In this document: positions 30,176 through 39,300 of the stretch, piece after piece
Position numbering within the stretch: position 1 is the stretch's first letter
Layout: every line of letters begins with the position of its first letter
Origin: Porphyridium purpureum
Taxonomy: Eukaryota
Length of the DNA stretch: 64,000 nt
NCBI GenBank assembly: GCA_008690995.1
Contig: VRMN01000001.1
Coordinates: 2,046,001-2,110,000 of the forward strand
Reading direction: 5' to 3'
Notes under the pieces: model-generated
Database searches by the model: none
What the model saw: the letters and a program-made list of their open reading frames with translations, nothing else
Told to the model about the DNA's origin: nothing
Translations under genes and position numbers: made by a program

Positions 30176-31447
30176 TTACGAAAATACACTGCTATTGACA
30201 ATTGCATGTTGCCGATATGTTTTTGCCACATCCTGGGTGCGCTCAAAATTCTTGAGAGCCTCCTGGACATCTTTTGTGCACAGCGCTCTCAGCTCGCCCG
30301 CAGAATGCGGTGACCGGCCGCGTACGCTCGCCACATCTATTTCGTCCCTATCATCACTCTCACATAGTCCGCTCGCCGCATCAGCGCTTTTGAGCCCAAA
30401 GGCCTCTTTGAGCGGAATGAGCATGGCCATGCGACACAGCTCTTTGAGGTCGCTGCCGGAAAAGGCTTCTGTCGCAGCCGCAACACACTGAAAGTCAAAA
30501 TCAGGCTCCAGTCGGGAGCCCTTCAGAACTGCGCGGAGAATGCCGGTACGCTGCTGCACGTTCGGTAGGTCGACTTTGAAGGCGCGCGGCATGCGGCGTT
30601 GGATGGCTGCGTCCAACTCCCACGGCCGGTTCGTGGCGCCGAGTACCATGACGTGAGCAGTGGAACTAGTGCTGATACCATCCCACAGCTGCATGAATTC
30701 AGCCTTCATGTCACGGTACACTTCGTGGTCTCCAGAAGTGCGCTCTCGAAACAGCGCATCCACCTCATCGATGAAGATGATGCACGGGTTGAGACGCGTG
30801 GCAAGTGCGAACAATGCGCGCACCATCTGGCTCGTTTCTCCGACCCACTTGCTCAGCAACGCGCTGGGACTGATATTAATGAAGCGCACGCCACACTCTT
30901 TGGCAATAGCCTTGGCAAGCATCGTTTTCCCAGTCCCGGGAGGCCCATACAGCAGCACACCTTTGGGTGGCTGAATCATGGCTCTGGCCTTGGAAGGGGC
31001 ATTTGCCCGTACTTCAGCATCATCAGGCCCCTCCACAGAATCGTCATCATGCAAGAAAAGCCGCTGCGCAATCAAGGGTCCGATCACCGATTCCATGAGG
31101 CCCTTTTTCACCACATCGAGTCCGCCAACATCCTCAAAGCCGGACGCGATGGCCTCCGGAAACACAATATGCGACAGCAGAGCCTTCTCTGCGTCAGAGA
31201 GTCTCCTCAAGTTAGCCGGGTGAATGCCGCTCTTTAGCAGTCGAGCCAAAATCCCGTCTGTGACGGCCTTGTCATTGCCCTTGCCGCCGTCCAGCATCTC
31301 TTTCATATTCCGGGGCATCATGGCATCGCGCAACATTTTCATTGAAAGAACTGTCACTGCCACCCCTAGCGCGCCGCCGACAAAGTCTACGAGGAATGCG
31401 CGCAGTACCTTGCGTAGCCGCAGCGCATCCTCCGCATCCATCTCCAT
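30176..31447 (-). CDS. MSP1: Msp1/ATAD1 membrane AAA+ ATPase
   Basis: N-terminal TM helix; FEDVGGL, PPKGVLLYGPPGTGKTMLAKAIAKE, SKWVGET, IIFIDEVD, MKAEFMQLWDG and GATNRP..LDAAIQRRMP motifs. Confidence 0.93.
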   Translation of the reverse strand: MEMDAEDALRLRKVLRAFLVDFVGGALGVAVTVLSMKMLRDAMMPRNMKEMLDGGKGNDKAVTDGILARLLKSGIHPANLRRLSDAEKALLSHIVFPEAIASGFEDVGGLDVVKKGLMESVIGPLIAQRLFLHDDDSVEGPDDAEVRANAPSKARAMIQPPKGVLLYGPPGTGKTMLAKAIAKECGVRFINISPSALLSKWVGETSQMVRALFALATRLNPCIIFIDEVDALFRERTSGDHEVYRDMKAEFMQLWDGISTSSTAHVMVLGATNRPWELDAAIQRRMPRAFKVDLPNVQQRTGILRAVLKGSRLEPDFDFQCVAAATEAFSGSDLKELCRMAMLIPLKEAFGLKSADAASGLCESDDRDEIDVASVRGRSPHSAGELRALCTKDVQEALKNFERTQDVAKTYRQHAIVNSSVFS

Positions 31448-31558
31448 CTCGGTGTATAATCCCTCACACGACTTGGCACTTTGACGTTTCTGCGCGTCAA
31501 CAGCTTGGAGGCACAAGAGAGGATGACGACGTTTCGGTCCTGTCTCGAGAATCACGAC

Positions 31559-32266
31559 ATGATGGCGTGTTGGGTTGTGAGTGGGGTGGAAGTATCGTCG
31601 GCCGTGCCGCGGTGCCCGGAATTTGCGTGCAAGTCCGCGGCCCCGTCTGGCGGCGCCCTTCGTGCCTTGGGCCCATCTGGAACCAAGGCAAGGGTTTGTA
31701 TGCGACTTGGAGCAAACAAGCATGAACGTACCGGCATTAAGGAGTGGCGTGTGTTCGCGGCTGCCGCTGCGCTGGCGCTCGTATTGAGCGCTGGGAATGG
31801 AGAGGACGGTCGGCCTGTGCTTATGAAGACGCTTAAGCCTGCGCACGCAGCGGAGGTGCAGAATTATGATCACAATCAGAGCCTTCAGAACGAAGACTTC
31901 TCAGGCCGCGACCTGCAGTCGGCTGTCTTTACGAAGGCGAACGCGCAGGGCGCGTCTTTCAAAAACGCCGATCTGCGCAAGGCGAATCTGGAGTACGCGA
32001 ATCTTATGGAATGTGATCTGGAAGGGGCCGACCTCACTTATGCGCTCGCCACCAAGACAAAGCTGCAGCGCGCGAGCCTTAAAAACGCAAACTTTACAAA
32101 CGCGAACCTCATGGGTGCATCTTTTGATCGCGAAACGTCCATCGAAGGCGCCGATTTCACGGACGCGCTGATAGAGCCGTTCATGGCGAAAAAACTGTGC
32201 TCCATCGCCCGCGGTACTAACCCAACCACGGGCGTGGACACGCGCGAGTCGCTTATGTGCCAGTGA
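31559..32266 (+). CDS. Thylakoid-lumen pentapeptide-repeat protein
   Basis: Bipartite leader ending PAHA|A; A(N/D)Lxx repeats; C-terminal LCSIARGTNPTTGVDTRESLMC. Confidence 0.92.
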   Translation: MMACWVVSGVEVSSAVPRCPEFACKSAAPSGGALRALGPSGTKARVCMRLGANKHERTGIKEWRVFAAAAALALVLSAGNGEDGRPVLMKTLKPAHAAEVQNYDHNQSLQNEDFSGRDLQSAVFTKANAQGASFKNADLRKANLEYANLMECDLEGADLTYALATKTKLQRASLKNANFTNANLMGASFDRETSIEGADFTDALIEPFMAKKLCSIARGTNPTTGVDTRESLMCQ

Positions 32267-32375
32267 TTGGAAATTGAAAGCAAGACCATGCCGCAGAGGA
32301 AAATATTAGTAGTCAAAGAAGAAGAAAAAAAAAAAAAAAAAAGAACAACAACTCCCGAGCGCAGCTTCGGGTACT

Positions 32376-34298
32376 TCATTGTTCGTGTTGATAGTCGGGA
32401 TCCTTCTGTACAGCCGCTGTCGTTCTAGCGGTAGGAGACAAGCCAGAAAGCGCGGGAGGCGTGCCCGGGCTGCTCGGTATCCGGAAAAGCTCGTTCTCGA
32501 GACGCACAGTGGCCGCAATGGGTTTCGTGTATACCAGAATAAACACGAGCAGCGCGGCAGAGCACGAAAAGAATGGGGTAAGTAGTCCGTACTTCACCCA
32601 GCTGGGTACTATAAAAGCGTTCTCGTCGTCGCCGCCAAACATCGTGTCGTAAGTTAGACTCACGTTGAGCCCGATGATGAGCAACGACGAAGCCCATGAG
32701 AACAGCTGGACTATCGGTCCGTTTTTGAAATGCTCACCCATCACTTCCATTGCACCCGTGAGCCGAACGAGCGGAATCATGGCAAAAGGAAGTTGCAAGC
32801 TAATTAGGACCTGTGTGTAGATAAGCAGCAAGTACGAGCCCTCAGTTCCATATATGTGCATTGCAACTAGCGTGGGAGCCAGTGTGAGCAAGCGCGTAAT
32901 CACCCGCCGGGGCACCGCCTTATTTTCGCGGCCAAGAAAGCCTTGCATGACGTACTGCCCCGCAAGCGTGCAGGAAAGAGCCGTTCCGAGCCCGGACGCC
33001 ACAAGCGCAAGACCAAAAAGTGCCGCTGCCACCTCAATCGGTCCAAGCTTCACATTGAAGGTCTCGAGCAGGTCGTAGGCCTGCTGCAACGTAGTGACCA
33101 CAACGCCATGCCGCCAAAAGTTTGCAGCGGCCACTGTCAGAATCGCCATGTTTATGAGACAAGCCGCGCTCAGCGCAACGGCTGAGTCCACGAGCTGGTA
33201 CCTGCAATAAAGTCGGAGGGAGTCTTCCGTGCGCGTGGGCACGCGATGAATAACAATAGCCGAATGTAAGTAGAAGTTGTTCGGAGTCACGGTAGCGCCA
33301 ACAATCACACATGCGGCGAACAGCGCCTTGCGCGAAACATACGGGATGAATGTACCCTTCACCATTCCAAGCACGTCGGGGCGCGACAGTACGAGCTCGA
33401 CAACAAACGACAGCGAAATAAACACCATGAAGACGAGCATCGTGTTCTCGATGCGCTTCATGCGCGACCTGCGCAGACCGATTAGCATTAGCGTGTCTGC
33501 AGATGCAATCAAAACGCCCAGCCACGGCGGCGCACCAAATAACATTTCAAGTCCGACCGAAATACCAACGACTTGTGCGAGATCGAGCGCTGCAATGGCC
33601 AACTCCGCCATCAGCCACAAGGCGATCGACACCCGACGCGGGTACATTTTGGCGCAGAGCTCCGCCAAGTGCTGCTCTGTCACTGCGCCTAATTTGGCAG
33701 ACAAATACTGGAAAAGAACCCCGATAGATGTGGACAATACCAAAACCCAGAGCAGCATGTATCCAAAGCGCGAGCCGCTTTCGAGGTTGGCCGCCCAGTT
33801 GCCGGGGTCCAGATACCCGATCGACACAATGAACGCTGGGCCCAAGTGTTTGATAACGCCGATGCAGCTCATCTGCTCATACACCTGCAGTTCTTCCGAG
33901 CCCAATTCTGAGCTCAGCCCCGATGCATCCGAACCTTCATCATTTTCCTCATGCCCATGCTCGTCTATTCGCTGCAAGCTCTCGCCGTCGATCCCGCCAA
34001 GCCCCCTCTGACTATACGCAGACGGTGGCAGCTGCATGTCCGCATCGGCGTCCACTTTCCACGCATCTTCGCTGGGCGCCGGCCGCCACGGCTCTCGTTC
34101 CGTCATGCTTTGCCACTCGCTCTCTGTCTCCGTCGCATTCTCATTCACCTTCTGCCCGTCATCTTCAAGGCCAACCTCTGCAGTTTCTCCCACAGAGCTG
34201 TACATCCACTGAACACGGTTTCGCTTGTCGTGCGGGCAGCTGCGCGTCGCAGCGGTCGCGGACGGGCGCCGCGAGGCGCACAGCGTTGCCTCGTGCAT
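32376..34298 (-). CDS. NRAMP: NRAMP/SLC11 metal transporter with atypical TM6 motif
   Basis: GPAFIVSIGYLDPGNWAANLESGSRFGY, CTLAGQYVMQGF and QVLISLQLPFAMIPL motifs; about 11-12 TM helices. Confidence 0.94.
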   Translation of the reverse strand: MHEATLCASRRPSATAATRSCPHDKRNRVQWMYSSVGETAEVGLEDDGQKVNENATETESEWQSMTEREPWRPAPSEDAWKVDADADMQLPPSAYSQRGLGGIDGESLQRIDEHGHEENDEGSDASGLSSELGSEELQVYEQMSCIGVIKHLGPAFIVSIGYLDPGNWAANLESGSRFGYMLLWVLVLSTSIGVLFQYLSAKLGAVTEQHLAELCAKMYPRRVSIALWLMAELAIAALDLAQVVGISVGLEMLFGAPPWLGVLIASADTLMLIGLRRSRMKRIENTMLVFMVFISLSFVVELVLSRPDVLGMVKGTFIPYVSRKALFAACVIVGATVTPNNFYLHSAIVIHRVPTRTEDSLRLYCRYQLVDSAVALSAACLINMAILTVAAANFWRHGVVVTTLQQAYDLLETFNVKLGPIEVAAALFGLALVASGLGTALSCTLAGQYVMQGFLGRENKAVPRRVITRLLTLAPTLVAMHIYGTEGSYLLLIYTQVLISLQLPFAMIPLVRLTGAMEVMGEHFKNGPIVQLFSWASSLLIIGLNVSLTYDTMFGGDDENAFIVPSWVKYGLLTPFFSCSAALLVFILVYTKPIAATVRLENELFRIPSSPGTPPALSGLSPTARTTAAVQKDPDYQHEQ

Positions 34299-35947
34299 GA
34301 GTGGCGTCCCCTACTGTCAGGGGTTGGACGTGCTGTGTGGGAGTTGGGGTAGAGATGAGCGTGGACAATACGCAAGTTGAAAAGTTTGTTGTGCGAACAA
34401 AGTGGCAAGGAGCTAAGAAGCCACCTCCTGCGGAACCGACCGCACATACGCTGTGAGAATCCCACTGGCGGGCGCGCGGCTGCCTTCTACGCGCTGTGTA
34501 GGTCTCTCAAAGGTTACCGAAACCTCGTGAAACTGGTTAGAAGATTGGTATCTTGCTTCTGAAACCAGCTTCGCCAGGGGCGTGAGCCGGCCACGAAGAG
34601 CTTCGCGTGAAAAGGAGCTCGGCTTCTTGACTGCGCTTTTTTACAGTATGTTTGGAGACCCGCTTTGTCCAAGCCTTCTATGTTACCTTTTTTCGTTCTC
34701 ATGGTTACCCTATCTCTGAGCGTCTGGCATTCGCACGCGGACATAAACCTATTTGTGTAGGTTGTGGACTGTGGCAGTGGAAACGTGAGAATGCCGACAG
34801 GGGCGCGACAATGCTGTGCAAGTAGAAAAAAACTACAAGAGAGGCTAATGAAACTAAAATATCACCCACAGAGGCTTCCACAAATCCGACGCACATCTCA
34901 CCGCTCTTAGACTTCTTCTAGCCATGCAAACGTCCTGGCTGCATCAAAAGGGCACATTGGTTACGCATTATCAAAAAAACGAGTGTCGTAGAATCCGGCC
35001 TTGTCGTTAGCGGTTACGATCTGCTCCCCTGACCGCTGCCGCGGGGAAGGTTTCCGACTTTTGCGTGAGCTGACTTCTTCAGGGCACTTCCGTTTGCCCT
35101 TGTCACCGTTACCTCTTCTTTTTCATTTTGATGTGGACCTGAACCTGCCCCGGAATCTGGCAGGCTCGCGTATTCATATGTCTATACTACGATCCCTCTG
35201 TTTGAACGCGACCCTTGCTTGAGGTGAGTCGCCTTGTCGGCTTGGTTTGAAACCTTGGGGTTGTTTCGGAAAAGGGGGTTGCGAGTGCGAAGGGGCGCAG
35301 TGCGACGCGCTTGACCCGGTTTCGAGTGGGCTGGAAGCAAAGTATAAAAGCAGAATGGCGAGTCGTTTGGCAGGCTTCGACTCAAACGTTTTAGGTAGAG
35401 ATATGAAGTTCAACAAACGGAATTTGTTGAAGAAGTTGAGTTTTCGTCTTGACAGGATTGAGTTCCTAAAGGCACGTACACAACCCGCACTTGCATCTCT
35501 CAGAAAGAAAGGCTACAACACCCTCAGCGCGCTTTTGGGCGGGTTCCTAGCGTCCTGCTTTTACACCTTGTCAGGGCGCGACACCTTGTTTTTTGTAGAG
35601 GAATCTCACCTTCCCGAAGCGACAGCGGGTGAAGGCGGACCGCGGGAATACACACGTAAAGAGGGCCCGCACACACAGCGACGGAGTAGAGAGCCGTCGC
35701 AGCAGAAAAGCAAACACGCACTTTAGTCAAGTGGGACGGACACGGCCCACGAAAATGTTGCTTCGTGGAAGACTAAGTGTAGGACCGGGTGCGCTGCGGA
35801 ACATGCGCCTGATCACTGCGCTTGGGACTACTGTAGTGTCCACCGCTAGCGATAGCACTGAACCATATGCAAACCGCCATTCTCCGACCTAGTTTTGCGC
35901 CCCTTCAACACATCGCGGATACGGACATGCGAACTTACATTAAATAG

Positions 35948-36270
35948 TGTCAGAAATCTTCCTACGGCTCTTGAGAACCCTGAAAATAACTCAGCACCAA
36001 ACGTCTAGTGATGGGTATTTAATCGTGCGCGCTTCACGCCTCGCGGCGTCAAGTCCAGGTCTTAGAGCAAGATAAAAGGAAAAGGGTTATAGCTTAAACG
36101 CGTGCGAGCGAAACTAGATTAGGTTCGGTCAAAAGGGTGACAGAGGGCTATAGCCACTCCTCATCAGACCACCGCGGCGGCGCCCATGACCAGACGGTCG
36201 TCGGCTCGTTGGTTCCCTCGTGCGCTTCAAGGAGATATCTTCCGGGTCGCAACCCGACATCATTGCGACA
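35948..36270 (+). repeat. 5' LTR (323 bp)
   Basis: By eye identical to 40950-41269 except one extra GGC in a GGC run near 36175-36183. Confidence 0.96.
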
Positions 36271-36358
36271 TTTGCAAATGTCGCATGTCAATCCAGAAAT
36301 CACCGTTTGGTACAGCCTGACCCCCCGACACCGGGAAGACGTCGGTGCGTGAGCGAGC

Positions 36359-39300
36359 ATGAGCGACGACGCCGCTGGTGCTGGCTCCAGTGGGCCAGGT
36401 AGCCCGGGGCACTCCCCGCCCGACTCGGGCGACAGGAACGGATCACTGGTGCGAAGCCTCCGCGACACCGGGGTTTTGGCGCCAGCGTGGTGGCCCCAAA
36501 CCTTGAGAATCCATGATGAGGTCGGCGACCTCTTGGAGATGGCAGCAGCCTCGCCTAATGATTATATCGAGATGCTCATGGTGGAACGGATTGTTACCAT
36601 CGAGTGGTTGACAGCGCGTGGGGGCCCCGTCTCCATCGCGGCGTGGGTCAACTTTTGCCGTGAGCGAGGCATCCCAAACTTTGAGCCGGGCGTTAGCGTC
36701 CGCGCCTCATTTCAGCGTTTCACAGTGCATTCCGTTGACGACGTAGTGCATGACAGTAACGCCTCGCCAGTGACACCATCTGTAGAGCGCTTTGTAGATC
36801 GCGGGGTGCCTATGCACTTAATCGCTCCTGTGAATCGATCCGAGGCAGCATCTCATTCTCCTCCGGCGTCGCGCGCTGAACAAACAAGCCCCGAGGCGCC
36901 TGCAGTACAAGCCCCCGCAAGCGTGCCTGGTGCGCGCGATTTTATTCGCTACATGTCAGAAGTACGCTTCTCGGGTAGCCCGAACACAATTCCATTCCGA
37001 AGGTGGCGCAACCGCCTCGAGTCGGCACGGGAAATGTTCGGCGTGAACGATGCGCAGGTCGCGCGCGCCTTGCCACTCATCACGAGTGGTCAAGCTGAAT
37101 CTCTCTTGTACGCCAAAGCGAGAGAGCTACCGAGACTCAGCCAGAAGCTTTCGTTGTTAGAGAAGTCGTTCGCAAGTGCCGCTGCCATGACCGCACAAAA
37201 GCAGGCCTTAAAAAGCGCGAATTTCGCCGTCTTCGTGAGTAAGGAGTCGACGCGTGTTCTCGCGTTTGACGCGCTTGTTAGGCACGTGGAAGACGTTTGC
37301 TCATTCCTTGGATACCCGTACGATGAGCCTGGCCAGGTGGCCGACCACGTAATTCAAGCGATGTACGCGTCGGATTATGCACCAACGCTCTCTCTTGCAC
37401 TCATTGGGACGCGCGATGGAGCGGATGTCATTGCGGAACTCCGTGTATTCCTGCACGAGCTGGACGCGCGTAATGGACGCTTGCTACCGGCAGCAACAGG
37501 CATCTACTACTCACGCCCTTCCGCTTCGTTTCAACACGCTCCACAGCCAAGCGCTCGTCCTCCTCAAGGCCTCCCTTATCGTCCACCCACATCGTCATAT
37601 CGACCTCCTGTACGGAACCGTTCAGGAAACGAACGAGGAGCGCAAGTTTGTCAGCATTGTGGAAGGATGGGACATTCCCGAGAAATATGTTGGTCGCGAA
37701 ACCCCCCTGCCGTTGGTCTTGTGCTCGATGAAGTACAGGAGGTACACGACACGACAACAAGTGGACACCGAGTCGCCTTTGAAGTTGAACCCGAAGGGGA
37801 CGTGCAGCAGATTGGCGTTGAAGGGCCAGATCCGCGGGAGCCTGAGCAAGATTTTGGCGGGAATCTCGTCGCTTTCGCGTATGACGTCTACAGAACGCAG
37901 CATGTTTTGCCCACGGTGCCGCGCTGGCGCGTCTTCGTAGATTCCGGAGCTGGGCGTTCGGTGGCTGGCTGGCGCGCATACACGGAATACTGTCGGGCTC
38001 AAGGGAAAAGTTCGAAGTTGGCTCCGGCGGGCGGAGAACAACCCGTAAACTGGGGTGGCCCATTGTCGCCCGTGGGCGTCGGTCGAGTCCGCATTCCGGT
38101 CGGGAAGGATCACTTCGTCGAGTTTAATCCCGTTGTCGTCGACAATGATGACCTGCCAATTCTATTTGGTGGACAAGATCAAGACCAGCATCATTTTGAT
38201 CTCATCCGCACTACTGATCCACCGCGCTTGAGCTCTCCGTCCTTTTCTGTGCCGCTGCGTCGGCTCCATTCTGGCCACCTAGAAGTCGTTTTTCCGTCTC
38301 AAGGCGGCGCACCAAGTCTGTTGGATACTGCGCTTTACACTTCTGATGAGTTGATGACTTTACACAAACGATTTGGTCATGCATCAGCACACAAGGTTCG
38401 AAAGATTATCAACCTCGCAGGCGAGCGCATCGAACCCAGCGAGTTCAGGAAGTTTGAAGACGACGCCAGAAACTGCACTGTGTGTCAGTGGTATCAAGGT
38501 CGTCGGACAACGTACAAGGTTGCAGCGGAAATTAACGTCGAATTCAATCATGTGGTTCAGATGGATTTTGTCTTTATCGTGCACAATGGCCGGAATATTA
38601 AGGTCCTGCACGCTGTTTGTGCGGGCACTAAATGGAACGCCGCCATCGAGTCCACCGATGGGACAGCGCCGGGTGTATTCAGCGATTTTTTTCGTATGTG
38701 GGTCTCGATATTTGGTGCGCCGCATCGCCTGGTAGTCGACCGGGAGAAAGTTCTTGACTCGAATGACTTGGAAGTCATGTTCCTGAACGAGGGGTGTATC
38801 CTTGATCCAGTGGCCATCGAGTCCCATTGGAGCGTCGGGTACGTGGAACGACATCACGAGCCCCTGCGCAAGGTCTGCTCCCGGATTATGTTGGAAGATC
38901 CTAGCGCACAGTTCGCGGATGTGCTGTCTTTTGCCTTGCGTGCAATCAATACAACCACAGGTCCAGAAAACATCATCCCCTCCTTGTTGGTATTCGGTAC
39001 TATCCCGAGGATTCATGTACGCTCGGAGGCGGCGATTCACGATTCGCGAGAAAGCCAGGAGAGGCGCATTACGGCGATGCTGGTAGCACGCAACGAGTAC
39101 GAAGTTTTAGTCTCGAAAATGAAACTCGCAGCGGCGCGCAGAACACGAACGCCGCAGTATCCGGGCGACAACGACGCGTTGGTACCGGGTGCAGCCGTTC
39201 TCGTGCGTCGTGAAAACGACCGTGCTTGGACCGGTCCATATGTCTGCCACGGGGTTGATGGCACGCGCGCGCAGGTGTCGGTCTTAATGCCCTCACAAGT

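Noticed and set aside
35030..35110. GGGGAAGGT motif reminiscent of RNase P/MRP RNA CR-I
   Set aside because: No matching CR-V/P4 partner could be identified by eye.
36137..36352. 71-aa ORF duplicated at 41139
   Set aside because: This is simply LTR sequence read in frame, not a gene duplication.
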